The notes under the pieces: generated by a model
What the model saw: only the letters and a program-made list of their open reading frames with translations
Databases searched by the model: none
Told to the model about the DNA's origin: nothing
In this document: positions 22,682-32,947 of the stretch, one piece after another
How the letters are laid out: each line of letters starts with the position of its first letter
Numbering within the stretch: position 1 is the first letter of the stretch
Made by a program: the position numbers and the translations under genes
NCBI GenBank assembly: GCA_000002445.1
Contig: CP000071.1
Span: 1,344,001 to 1,408,000 of the forward strand
From: Trypanosoma brucei
Taxonomy: Eukaryota
DNA: 64,000 nucleotides
Reading direction: 5' to 3'

Positions 22682-23839
22682 CTACATACAGAGATCCCAA
22701 TACTTGAAATAGTCTTCATCTACCTGATTGGTGTACAACTCGTCTAGTTGCTTCTTGCGAATTTGTGATGCCTCCCTCTGCTTCATCTGCTCGGCAGCAA
22801 TGCTCAACCTTTCTGCATGCCGTTCACGTTCCTTCTGCCTTTCCAAAGCGTTGGCCATGCGAAGCTGCAAGTTGTCCTGCTGGGCCCACCGCCGTTCTTC
22901 CTCGACTTCCATAAACCGGCGACGCCGCAAAAGATCGCGTTGTCTCGCCCGATCCTCAAGAAACTTACGCTTCTGCTCCTCTGTCATGCCTTTGTAGCGC
23001 TCCGCCTTCACCTTCTTTCCAAGCTCGCTCACGACCGTCTCGGTTTCGTTAAGGAAATCACCCTCCATGTGGAAACGAATTTCCTCAAGGGCCTTGCGGG
23101 TGTCCTCCTCCTTGTCTCGAATGGCCTCACGGCGCTTTTGCTCGGCGAGGGCTTTATTAAATTCTGCTTGGTTCTTATGGATCATCCTGCGCTGCTCGGC
23201 GATACCCTGCTCTATATCGTAGATACGGCGGTTGGTCTCCTCGTTTCGTTCATCGAAGACACGGTTTGCCTCCTCCTCCATCCACTTCTTCGCGAGTTTC
23301 TCCTCCGTTTGCTGCCGCGCCCACTCGCGCTGTTGGCGCTGCTGAGCAGCCCGACGATTCTTGTAATCCAAGTCCTCACCTTCAAATTTTTGGAGAGAAG
23401 AAACCCCAGTTCGGGGATCGTTGTCGCCAACACGGCCCGGTAAATCCTTCGCCTTCCAGTGGGGATCGTTGAGGTCCCACTCGCGCTGCGTTTCCTTCTT
23501 CTGGTAGGTTTCACGGTAGTCAAGCAATTGCTTTTCACGGTTTGCTCGTATCTCGTTAACCTCCTTCTGAAGTGCCTGAGCATGGCGATCCATCAGAAGG
23601 GCTTGTCGGTCATAAAAGTCGTTCCGCTCTTTCTCCAGCTGTCGAAGCGCCTCCCTTTCACGGACCTGCCTGTCAAGCGCCTCCTTGTCGATGCCCATAT
23701 GACGCATTTTCGGGTCTTTGAGGCGCTCTGCACGCTGCATCATGAAGAGCCGCTTCTTTTCCCTCGTTGTTGCCGTCTCCAACTGCGGTAACGAAGAGGA
23801 ATTTGATGCGACATTGATGGTCTCAGCTGCTGGCTCCAT
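22682..23839 (-). CDS. RIB43A-like coiled-coil protein (protofilament-ribbon protein family, RIBC1/RIBC2-like); candidate axonemal microtubule inner protein.
   Basis: 385 aa, ATG verified. The N-terminal KKRLFMMQRAERLKDPKMRHMGIDKEALDRQVREREALRQLEKER resembles the conserved RIB43A N-terminus (...RIFNAK.R.IGVD.EALD.QV.E...). Length (~43 kDa) and coiled-coil organisation are typical of the family. Confidence 0.5.
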   Translation of the reverse strand: MEPAAETINVASNSSSLPQLETATTREKKRLFMMQRAERLKDPKMRHMGIDKEALDRQVREREALRQLEKERNDFYDRQALLMDRHAQALQKEVNEIRANREKQLLDYRETYQKKETQREWDLNDPHWKAKDLPGRVGDNDPRTGVSSLQKFEGEDLDYKNRRAAQQRQQREWARQQTEEKLAKKWMEEEANRVFDERNEETNRRIYDIEQGIAEQRRMIHKNQAEFNKALAEQKRREAIRDKEEDTRKALEEIRFHMEGDFLNETETVVSELGKKVKAERYKGMTEEQKRKFLEDRARQRDLLRRRRFMEVEEERRWAQQDNLQLRMANALERQKERERHAERLSIAAEQMKQREASQIRKKQLDELYTNQVDEDYFKYWDLCM

Positions 23840-24095
23840 TTTGATCTACACTTCACCACACCTACACACAGTTCAGAGGAGCACACTGACCAGAAAAAGT
23901 GCAATGATTTTTTTAAAAAAAGAAATAGAATAGACAGTGGAACGGAAGTTTAACGCTGTGCTACCGACTTAGCAAACAATACACATCCTTAATTACTTAC
24001 AAGACAGAATACCTCACTCATCACCGTGAGCAGATATTCGAAAGCACGTTCGTGTACGGATGTAAACTCACTGTCAGCCGCGCTCACGTTGTAGC

Positions 24096-24602
24096 TTACA
24101 CAGCGGGCTTGAACGTTAGTAGTGGTGACGGCGAAGAGCATTTGAAGCAAAACTTCCGCACGTTTCTGTTAACACCCTTACATTTTGGGCACGTCCACAA
24201 CGTTACCTCCTTTCCGGGGAGCGGAGGCGGCGTCGGCTTTGGCTGTTGGCATTTATGGCAGACAACACTCCCACGAAAGTTCATCTGGCCACACGGACAC
24301 GCCCAGTCGTGAGGGTCCTCACCGGGAAGGGACGGACGCCGAACACCAGGTGGGAGCGGAGGGGCCGGCGCCCCACATTTGTAGCATTCGCGCTTCGATT
24401 TATAATTTGGTTCCCCGCACTGGCAGAGCCAATCGCCCTCCGCGGGTTCACGATGCCTTGTCCGACGGCCCTTAATCCGACGTGCAAAGAGGCATGGTGT
24501 GGTGACAAAATACGCGCGTGAGCAAAGCAGAGCTACAGAAGCACGACTTCCGAGGTGGTGGGCAAGATAGTGCCTGGAGAGTATGTGGACACACCTTTGC
24601 AT
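24096..24602 (-). CDS. Small protein (168 aa) with three RanBP2-type zinc fingers and a basic, presequence-like N-terminus (possible mitochondrial RNA-binding protein).
   Basis: Track start is GTG at 24719; first ATG at 24602 (MQRCVHILSRHYLAHHLGSRASVALLCSRAYF, R/S/L-rich). Three W-x-C-x2-C-G-x-x-N-x6-C-x2-C repeats: DWLCQCGEPNYKSKRECYKCG, DWACPCGQMNFRGSVVCHKCQ, LWTCPKCKGVNRNVRKFCFKCS. Confidence 0.55.
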   Translation of the reverse strand: MQRCVHILSRHYLAHHLGSRASVALLCSRAYFVTTPCLFARRIKGRRTRHREPAEGDWLCQCGEPNYKSKRECYKCGAPAPPLPPGVRRPSLPGEDPHDWACPCGQMNFRGSVVCHKCQQPKPTPPPLPGKEVTLWTCPKCKGVNRNVRKFCFKCSSPSPLLTFKPAV

Positions 24603-24845
24603 CTCGCGCCCCTCCAACTGCAGTATCGCAAAGTCAGTGTGTGCGCCCACTGGAAAACGTGCATCAACACGAGCACAGATGCGAAGCCGGGGGATAAAGA
24701 AAAATGGAAAAAGCGACACGCAGTAGCAACGGGAGACAAAACAAGTAGCAAAGAAAGCAGCCGATTAAGATGAAAGTAATGACTTGCGCCCGGAAGAACT
24801 GCTTCTTGAATTTAAGTAGTGCACGAGGTTCATTCCAAGTTACCC

Positions 24846-27800
24846 TCATGCCAAACAGCGGGTTACAACTGTCGAAAACTGCTTAAATCCATTCACAAAC
24901 GAATTTTTATTGTTCTGACGATAAGATTCACAAGCACACTGTTGTAAGAGCACGAACGCCTCCCTCACTTCCGCTCCTTTTCCACCAACAGCCGCCAAAC
25001 CGGAAAACAAGTCACCTAGCTGCACGAAAGAGTCCCCATCCAGCACTATTAGTGTCTGCAGAAGGCTCTCAAATGGATCCGTCGTGCACTTCCTTGTCGT
25101 TATAAGGTCAAGTGTCGCCCGCAGCAGTCGGGAGAAAACGTTCTTGTCCGCCCGAAGAAGTGCCCCCAATATTTTAACGCCTTCACCTCCTTCATGGCCC
25201 TCACGACAACACAGGGCGCTGGTAAAAGCTGCCACCGCCTCTGCTCCAAGTGTTATAAGAGTTCCAAAGGTATTCTGGTAGTTAAGCGAGAATTCGAGTA
25301 GATGAATAACTTGTAACAAATGCTCGATAGGTAAGTCACAGATAAACCAAAGATACAAATCTCTAAGCAGCTCAGAGGCAAGCATAAAGTAACTACGCGC
25401 CAACTTCTCATTTTGGCATAAACGCTCGCGGTCCACAAGCATCATAGCACGCCAGAGAGCCACAAGGCACGCTGGCAGGGACCGATCTGCATAAAGACGG
25501 AGAACTCCCATATTGCAAAGCCCCCCTGCGAGAAGATTACGACCGGTATGGAACGTGATCCTCAAGCATTTGATACCCCAAGCCTCAAGTTGAGATCCAC
25601 GGGTCTCCAACGCTTTAACAATAATATTGACCACTGTGCCCATAGAGTTACCAATGTGGCGGAAGACAAGATAGCCCTCCGTACAATGGGCGCCGGACGT
25701 TATACGCCGGTAACGATTTTCGGTTATTTCGTCCAACAAGCGCAACAGCTGTACGCCACAGTTAGTTCCAAACTCACGTTGAAAATGCTGGACTATAACG
25801 TCAAAGTTTGGAAGTATGCGTTTCAGCAACACTCGGTACAGACGTTGGCACAGGCATGCGCAAAACGCGCCTCGCCATGAGCATGTAGCGCGCATGAGAG
25901 CATCCGCATAATCTTCACCGTGTTCTACACAACCATATTGGAAAATCTTGAAGTCTCCAACAAGTGATGGCTCAATGTCGCCCATTACACCCTGGGAACC
26001 ACCGTTGGACAGCCAAATCTGAGCCCTGATACGCGCAAGAAGAAACAGCACACGGTGATAAACCCTGGAATTTTTGCCCATCGTCATCTCCGCATCGAGT
26101 GCAAGGCGGTCATTAATGTGGGGCAGCGTCTTTAAAATAGCAACAGAAGTTGGCGATTGAGCCACCTCAGTCAAAAGGGCCAAGGCTTCGACGGCTGTCT
26201 CATCGGTACAAGAGTGAGCGCAGTTCATAACCTCGTCCACAATAAGCCCAAGCACAGTGGAGGACATTTCTCCATCACTTTTCAGAGATAAAGTATTTTG
26301 AAGGGAGACCCGTAGCCCGTTGCCATCATCAAGCCGATCGAGAAGAAGCGCGTTCCAAGTGGCACAAAGTAAAGCTATGAGGGAGTTGTGAAAGTGACGA
26401 CGAGTTCCCTGAGGTACAAACAATGAAAGCTTTCTCTCACAATCGTAGCTCACAACACCGAAGCATGCCCATAAAGCCTTACATATTATCGGGCATGCAT
26501 CGCTACGGGAATGGTTCATGCGCAACCATGAGCTGGAAAGGGTGATAAGCCATGCGAGTTGTTCGTATATGCTCGTCAAACAAAATCCTGCTTGATGTTC
26601 CGATGACTTAAGAACCCATAAATGGGACTCGATGAGTGTTGAAATGTGTTCCTCTGTGTCTCGACCACAGAATCGCAACAACTGCGATGCAAATTGAAGC
26701 TCCAACTCTTGTACACATGTATCCTCATCGAGAAAATAATCCTCAAACGATGCAATTTCACCAGATCTTGCGAACGCTACCGCTTGCTCCTGATTTGACG
26801 TAATGTACGACAAGCACACCTTCGGTGCCAGTTCCCCAAAAAGTGTGCGTTTATCTTTGCAGTAGGACTGAGATCCCACCAACTTCGCCCAAGTGGAGGT
26901 TAAAGAAAGGAACGACCGCCGCGCATGGCGCCAGTTCTGGAAGCACAAATGAGTGAAATCGGCAAGGGCTCCAATCCATTGCTCATAACACGAAACGCTA
27001 CACATTTGCTCAATGCTGAAATTCGGTTTCAGACGATTCAACAAGCGACAAAATTCGTGCAAAACCGTGGGATCTTCTAGGTGAAGACACTCCGTCATAA
27101 TTGGAAGCGTGACTTCAAAACAACAGGATATCCGCGCCTTCTGGTCCTCACAGAGTGGGTAGAGTGATCCCCTCAGAGATATGAGTGATGCCAACGATTC
27201 CAACAAGGGAGAGAAGAGGCGCGCATCCCCCTCCGGAAGTAAATACAACCCCCACAGTTTAGCGAAGAGCTCTTGGTCCAAAAGGTCAGCCGCCCAACCT
27301 TGCGGATAATCAGTTGTCAAAACGTCCTCAGTAATATCCTCCAAGGAGCAAGTAAAGTCAAACAAAAGAATTTGGCGCAATAACGGTACGGCGCCAATGA
27401 CCACCTGATTGTGCGACAACTGAGCCCGTTTAAGGCAACGTGAAACACTTTTGAATATGTCGTGGAGGCACTCATCGCGAAAAACCACGTTCGTCTTCTT
27501 ATTCACCGCGAGGTTCTGGTTTGGGCCGTCCGTAGATCCTATCGTGTCGATCAACACGGTTAGGATGTGACACGATAAGGATACGAGTTCTTCCGAATAA
27601 TCACCCCCTTCACCGGTTAGCGCCGTAGCCACCTTGAGGGGAAACCTTTGGAGCTCCGGGGCGTCACAGAATCCCCGTTTCACTACAGAACATAGCAACC
27701 GGACAAGGGCGTCCCTATTATGAGTGTCCAAGAGCTTATGCCGCTCCACAATGACACAACTCAGCATCTGTTCGAGGTCCACAAGGTCTGCAAGTGCAAA

Positions 27801-28010
27801 CTTAGAAGTCACCAAATGGTTTAACGCTTGAGAAACAAAGAAGATCGAACATGCGGCTACAGATTCCTTAAGAACTCTCTGCATCAGTTGCAAGCCCATG
27901 GCAGACGCGAAACCATCCCATCCAAGCTCCGTGGCTATCTGCATTGCCGATTTGTCCCCACTGTAGAGAAGAGTCGAGAAACGCTCCACATCATCAACAC
28001 TCCCCAGCAT
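24846..28010 (-). CDS. Large (1054 aa) all-helical repeat protein, possibly HEAT/ARM or karyopherin/exportin-like; function unknown.
   Basis: ATG verified at 28010. Leu-rich amphipathic helices run throughout and the composition is non-repetitive. No catalytic motif recognised; the exportin-like idea is a weak inference from size and N-terminal helical region. Confidence 0.6.
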   Translation of the reverse strand: MLGSVDDVERFSTLLYSGDKSAMQIATELGWDGFASAMGLQLMQRVLKESVAACSIFFVSQALNHLVTSKFALADLVDLEQMLSCVIVERHKLLDTHNRDALVRLLCSVVKRGFCDAPELQRFPLKVATALTGEGGDYSEELVSLSCHILTVLIDTIGSTDGPNQNLAVNKKTNVVFRDECLHDIFKSVSRCLKRAQLSHNQVVIGAVPLLRQILLFDFTCSLEDITEDVLTTDYPQGWAADLLDQELFAKLWGLYLLPEGDARLFSPLLESLASLISLRGSLYPLCEDQKARISCCFEVTLPIMTECLHLEDPTVLHEFCRLLNRLKPNFSIEQMCSVSCYEQWIGALADFTHLCFQNWRHARRSFLSLTSTWAKLVGSQSYCKDKRTLFGELAPKVCLSYITSNQEQAVAFARSGEIASFEDYFLDEDTCVQELELQFASQLLRFCGRDTEEHISTLIESHLWVLKSSEHQAGFCLTSIYEQLAWLITLSSSWLRMNHSRSDACPIICKALWACFGVVSYDCERKLSLFVPQGTRRHFHNSLIALLCATWNALLLDRLDDGNGLRVSLQNTLSLKSDGEMSSTVLGLIVDEVMNCAHSCTDETAVEALALLTEVAQSPTSVAILKTLPHINDRLALDAEMTMGKNSRVYHRVLFLLARIRAQIWLSNGGSQGVMGDIEPSLVGDFKIFQYGCVEHGEDYADALMRATCSWRGAFCACLCQRLYRVLLKRILPNFDVIVQHFQREFGTNCGVQLLRLLDEITENRYRRITSGAHCTEGYLVFRHIGNSMGTVVNIIVKALETRGSQLEAWGIKCLRITFHTGRNLLAGGLCNMGVLRLYADRSLPACLVALWRAMMLVDRERLCQNEKLARSYFMLASELLRDLYLWFICDLPIEHLLQVIHLLEFSLNYQNTFGTLITLGAEAVAAFTSALCCREGHEGGEGVKILGALLRADKNVFSRLLRATLDLITTRKCTTDPFESLLQTLIVLDGDSFVQLGDLFSGLAAVGGKGAEVREAFVLLQQCACESYRQNNKNSFVNGFKQFSTVVTRCLA

Positions 28011-28418
28011 TATCTAAACAGCAGGCCCTCCGCGGATAACGGCAAAACTAATACATATTAGAACGATAATAATTATTGAGTGCATAGAAAAACAGCAAAT
28101 TATAGACAAGGGGAGAAACAACTGAAAGATTACCACTGTGTGAAATCGTCATTTGAAACTTAAGGAAATATAAAATTCAGAATGTACACAAATGGGGTTG
28201 TTGTTCCTTATATCCTAGCACGTGCACACGCATGGGGATCTGTGTTGCTGCACCAATCCTCTGGAGAACAGGACGTGGTCGCGGTAAACTAAATGCTTGA
28301 TTATTAGCAGCTACTATACAACAAGCACAAGGGTGGTGTCCGGAGAAAGCATACAGACGGCTCAAGTACAAGACCCGACACAGGTAACGAAAAAAAGAAC
28401 AATGCACGGTGCACACGC

Positions 28419-30164
28419 TCAAAAGTTGTTGCTTAATGGGTTATCGTCGCTCGGTCGTTGAGCTGCCGACACACGGTACCCCCGAGAGATAACCTCCCGT
28501 CCATATGCAGTTTTGTGCAGACCCGCCTCCAGCAGAGCGAGTTGAAGTCGAAACCGTGGGTCCTTCGCTACCTCGTCAGCCGTGTAACCATGCACAGTAT
28601 ATCGTGCGGCCTCCGCGAACGGTACGTAAGCTTCATTCTGCTTACTTGAAACTGTCCCTTGCAGAACTCTCTCTGGGTCGGCCTCGACACCGAGCTGTTG
28701 CCTGACACCATTAAAGAAGGCCTCTAGTGTCTTCGCACGTGCAGCTTTTATTTCTTCCAGGTCCTGCTGACGTTTTTTACGCAACCGGCATTTCTCCTCA
28801 TATTCTTTCTGTCTCTCCACCACCCGTTTGGCGTTACGTTCCCCTCGTATCGCTTTTTGGATTGCTTCCTCCTCTGCAAGTGCCCTCCGAAGTTCGATTT
28901 CCTTCTCTTGCAGCTCTTTCTGCTGCTCCTGGTAGAGGTGCAGCTGTTTTAGGCGTTCCTGGAATTCTATCTCACGAGCACGCATGACTCTTTGTGTCCT
29001 TTCCTCTTCCTCTTTCCGTCTTGCTTCCTCCTCGTCGCGTCGGGCCAGTTCCTTGGCTTCTCGAACAGCACGTAGCTCATCCAACTCTCGGTGTTTCTTT
29101 CGTTGCTGCTCCTCGCGTAATTTAGCCTCTTCTTCCATATCCGCCACTAGCCTTCCAATCTCTTCATCAGCCGCGGCTGCCTTCTCGAATGATTTCAGAA
29201 GTTCCAGAGATTTCTTCTTGAACTGAAGCGTCACCGTCCGCGCGAGTGCTTTTTCTCTCTTCTGCCGCAAAACCTCATTCACAGCAAGTCGCACTTTGTC
29301 GCGGGACATATCGGGCAAACTCTGATGGACGCGATTGTAAACATCACCTGGAAGATCAGGTTTCTCACTACCGAGCGTTGAAAGACTCGTGTAGGTTTTC
29401 AAAACCAAAGAAATCTTACGAATGTCGCTCGAGGAGAGGTCCACAGTTGCTCCTGTTCGCTCCGTAGACATTAACCGAGACACGGCTTCCTCTCCTCCAA
29501 CCTCTATGGCGTCTCGAAACGTCTTCACGAGCCTAGGGTTGGGTTTACATACCATGGACTCGCACACACTATCTAACAATTCCAATGATGACCGCACTAA
29601 CGTTTGGACAGTTTCAATCGGTAAGATATTCTCGCTCTCCTCCATCTCGTTCAGCAAAGATTCCACTTCATGCTCGATAACTTTAATAGACTCAGAAATT
29701 TCCTCCCTCATGGTTGAAATCTTCTCTCGTAAGGTGTTAACGCCATCAGGCATGACATTGGCCTCCTTCTTGTGCAAGTCACGACATTCCTTCCGAAGTC
29801 CCCCAATTGTTTTCTTAAGGGAACGATGAATCGACTCGCATCGTTCCTCCATGCCGGCTCTTTCCCTCACCGCTGCCTCTGGTAGGAGGGAAGAGCACGA
29901 AGCCCACGCCTTTTCAAAATCGAATGCGCACGAAACTACCTCTCGCTCCAAGGCAGCGTGCTCCGCCAACCAACGGCCACCACGACTTACCTCCTCCGCT
30001 GATTTCCTCTGGTGTGCAATTTTCAATGTGATGTCCTTAAACACCAGCTTATCTGTACGCGCTCTTGACTGCCACTCAGCCAACGCAGCCTCCTGATCAT
30101 CCACAGAAAAAGCCATCGTGCGGAGTTGTTGCCGCGGCAGCATGACAGCCCTCCGAGGAGGCAT
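28419..30164 (-). CDS. Coiled-coil protein (581 aa) with an E/R/K-rich central coiled coil and a conserved C-terminal region; possibly flagellum/cytoskeleton-associated.
   Basis: ATG verified at 30164 (alternative ATG at 30116, MAFSVDDQE). Central region EEEAKLREEQQRKKHRELDELRAVREAKELARRDEEEARRKEEEERTQRVMRAREIEFQERLKQL. Confidence 0.55.
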   Translation of the reverse strand: MPPRRAVMLPRQQLRTMAFSVDDQEAALAEWQSRARTDKLVFKDITLKIAHQRKSAEEVSRGGRWLAEHAALEREVVSCAFDFEKAWASCSSLLPEAAVRERAGMEERCESIHRSLKKTIGGLRKECRDLHKKEANVMPDGVNTLREKISTMREEISESIKVIEHEVESLLNEMEESENILPIETVQTLVRSSLELLDSVCESMVCKPNPRLVKTFRDAIEVGGEEAVSRLMSTERTGATVDLSSSDIRKISLVLKTYTSLSTLGSEKPDLPGDVYNRVHQSLPDMSRDKVRLAVNEVLRQKREKALARTVTLQFKKKSLELLKSFEKAAAADEEIGRLVADMEEEAKLREEQQRKKHRELDELRAVREAKELARRDEEEARRKEEEERTQRVMRAREIEFQERLKQLHLYQEQQKELQEKEIELRRALAEEEAIQKAIRGERNAKRVVERQKEYEEKCRLRKKRQQDLEEIKAARAKTLEAFFNGVRQQLGVEADPERVLQGTVSSKQNEAYVPFAEAARYTVHGYTADEVAKDPRFRLQLALLEAGLHKTAYGREVISRGYRVSAAQRPSDDNPLSNNF

Positions 30165-30611
30165 CGCTCAGCCTACCAGGGGAGTAATATACGCAAAAAG
30201 TAAAAATATACAAGAGAAAATGAGTAGAAGCAAGAAAAAAGGGCAATATACAGGCAAGGTCCAGGAACGGAAAACGGTCACCGCATCCACCGTAAGATAA
30301 TAAAAAGGGGGGAAGGTATGAAAACAAAAAACAAAAAAATTGTTGTGATGGTGGAAGTGGTAGTGATTATGATAAAGCGGACACATGCAAGATACCGACA
30401 ACACATGGGGAATTTATATATATAAGTGATAATAGGAGGGGAAATGGGTCCCACAGAGAATATGGCATCCCCACCCTGAGTCAGGCAACTAGTGATTCAG
30501 AACCTCCACACCTGATGAGCAACAGGACCAGTACAATATTAGGTGTTGAGTAAAATTACGAAACGGGTTCATATGGGAAATGCCACCGACGTGTCGAAAT
30601 CACAAACACGG

Positions 30612-31526
30612 TTATTCTGTGTGCGTCTGCAGCGGCTCCATGGCAGACCTTCCTTCTGGGGTTGCGTGCGGGTCAACTGCTTTTCCAAACAATTCATCCG
30701 CTTCCTCAACTATACTGATAGGGGTGAGCCCTCGCAAAATTTCGCGCGCCTCGTTTGAGCAGTAGCAAAGATTCCTAATGACGAACGTCGCCCACTCACC
30801 CATGCCTGGATTTTCCAAATCAATGCGTGTGGCTCCGAGGATGGCAGTGAGAAGGCGGGTGTCACCTAAAACTGCGGAGCAGACCTCCTTATTCTCGTAA
30901 GTCAGATTGGCTACAAGCCGGACATGTTCCCTCCTGAAACCCTCTAGAAAACATGTTATCTCATGATCACGCGAAATGGTTAGCGCATCCGTTATATATT
31001 CCAGTACTTGTGATCCCAAGCAATATGTCTGGAGCCTTCTGAGGAGTCGTCGATGACTTAACAGTGTAAGATTGAGCACCTCAACAGCAGAGTGTGACAG
31101 GGTCGCTCCCATGTCTAACCATGCCTCAGAGCCGTCACTAAGCTCCGCAACGCTGCTTTCTCGTTGAAGCCCACCGCTCTCAGCATCTCCTTCAGCATTT
31201 GTAGCTCCGCCTACCACAGGGTCCTCCGTATTCGTAGTGCCGGGTGCAATAAACCCCTTTGTTCGGTGCAGTACATGACGCGCAACGTGAAGACTAAGCT
31301 TTATCATACGGAACAGGACATGTTGCAGGTGGAGTACCTCTTCCCCGGGCTCGCGCCCCGCATCAAACGCTGCCACATCGACCGCATGCTCCAGTTTGAA
31401 TGCAAAGGAGAAGTCCTTCAGTTTAACGTCCGTTTCGCACAGCGTCAGCAATTTGTCCACTTTGTTGTCTATTTCCCCCAGAGCCCTTGTGTCCAAATCC
31501 CTTATAGAACCCTCGTGATCAGTCAT
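30612..31526 (-). CDS. Ataxin-10-domain (Atx10homo_assoc / Ctr86-like) protein, ~304 aa.
   Basis: Track ORF begins with TTG at 31685 and runs through a pyrimidine tract; first ATG at 31526 (MTDHEGSIRDLD). The C-terminal WATFVIRNLCYCSNEAREILRGL resembles the conserved ataxin-10 homology motif (...VIRNLC..N..NQ..I). Confidence 0.45.
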   Translation of the reverse strand: MTDHEGSIRDLDTRALGEIDNKVDKLLTLCETDVKLKDFSFAFKLEHAVDVAAFDAGREPGEEVLHLQHVLFRMIKLSLHVARHVLHRTKGFIAPGTTNTEDPVVGGATNAEGDAESGGLQRESSVAELSDGSEAWLDMGATLSHSAVEVLNLTLLSHRRLLRRLQTYCLGSQVLEYITDALTISRDHEITCFLEGFRREHVRLVANLTYENKEVCSAVLGDTRLLTAILGATRIDLENPGMGEWATFVIRNLCYCSNEAREILRGLTPISIVEEADELFGKAVDPHATPEGRSAMEPLQTHTE

Positions 31527-32572
31527 TTGCCCTTCTCGTCGATATACACTCACCAGAAGGCCCCTCAAACAATGTTTCCTCTCTTCACATACATAAAAAT
31601 AGCAGTAAGCAACAGAAAAGGGGCAAAGAAAACAAAAAAAAAAAATATATATATATATAATAAATAAATGAAAACGCCGGATCAAAGTGTAAGAAATGTC
31701 TCCCTATCCTCAGCCGCTCCCGAACGAATGGGAACGCAGATCCACGCGACATTCCGTACAACGAAACAGTGGAAAGGAAAAACAAAGTAAAATTTGGGCG
31801 ATGGCGCACTCAACAGAGGAAACCAGTGGGTCGCATGAACAGACACCCGCACTCACAGGAAGAAAAGTCCCTTGAATAGTAAATATAACAATAATAACCA
31901 GAAACCTGGCAAGCCTCTTCAACCCGAGTACAAAGGCACCCCCTCCTCTGCCTTCAGTTACCACTCGGAGACACCCGCATAAACACAAAAACGCATCGCG
32001 CAGACGCGTAAAGTCATCCACAGCACTGAACGTGGTTTTCTTTTGCTCCTGCTCTCGTTGGCATCGCACAAAATAGAGGGAGTTAACTTTCCCTCTTTCC
32101 ACGATCAGCAAGGTGCACAACCTGAAAGTAAAAACGCGCACCGTGATGGATAGGTGTGCTTCCCCCGGGACTACGGAGGACACCACCTTTGAGTTAACGA
32201 GTAGGCGCAACGATAAGAAAGCCCCCTTCCGCTACAAAAAAAAAAAGAGCAACTTCGGCTGGTACACACCCGATACCCCATACGCCCACACGAAGAAAAC
32301 AGACGACACCCTCAAGGGAAGAAAACATTCCACGATTCCTCGAGCTAATTGAACCCAACATACCATTCGGGGAGTAAACATACCACTCGTATACGATATG
32401 AAGAGGGGGGAAAGCACAAACAGTGAGTCGGTTCTACGCCCCAGTATGTGCACGCCCCACGTCGTGCACAAATCAACCTCTCCCTCCAACGTGTTCATCT
32501 GGGGACTGGTTGCCACACCTTGTTAAGCGCCCTTACGCATAGCAGCACCAAATAAATAATGTAAGCACGCAC

Positions 32573-32947
32573 TCATTTAAACCGCGACGAAACGCCCCCG
32601 GGAAGCGATGCGATGGTCGGCTTCCCCTCCGCCTTGACCTCGCCCAACCTCACACCAGAGGGGTTCGCCTCCAGCAGAGCTCTTCCCGGGCCATCCACAT
32701 AATATTTTGGGTTAGGGCAAGAAGGAACCTCACAATATACGGGGAGAGTCGCCACCCACTCACCCGAAGCACGAAACTTGTGGCCACAAGGACACTGCCA
32801 CTCGCGCTCACCGAGAAGCTTGGCCGTCATTTGTGCCGCTTGGCTCACGGCATCCTTCAATGACGGGCGGTTATTCGCGGTGGTGAGTGCTTTGCTAACG
32901 CTTTGGCTAGCGTGGCGAGTGACAATAGTCTTGATTTTATCGAGCAT
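32573..32947 (-). CDS. Small hypothetical protein (124 aa) with a Cys-containing putative zinc-ribbon-like segment (CPCGHKF...CEVPSCP).
   Basis: Track ORF begins with GTG at 33268. The long N-terminal extension is a translation of a minus-strand polypyrimidine tract (F/S/L/C-rich), so the ATG at 32947 (MLDKIKTIV) is preferred. An ATG at 33232 is an alternative. Confidence 0.35.
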   Translation of the reverse strand: MLDKIKTIVTRHASQSVSKALTTANNRPSLKDAVSQAAQMTAKLLGEREWQCPCGHKFRASGEWVATLPVYCEVPSCPNPKYYVDGPGRALLEANPSGVRLGEVKAEGKPTIASLPGGVSSRFK

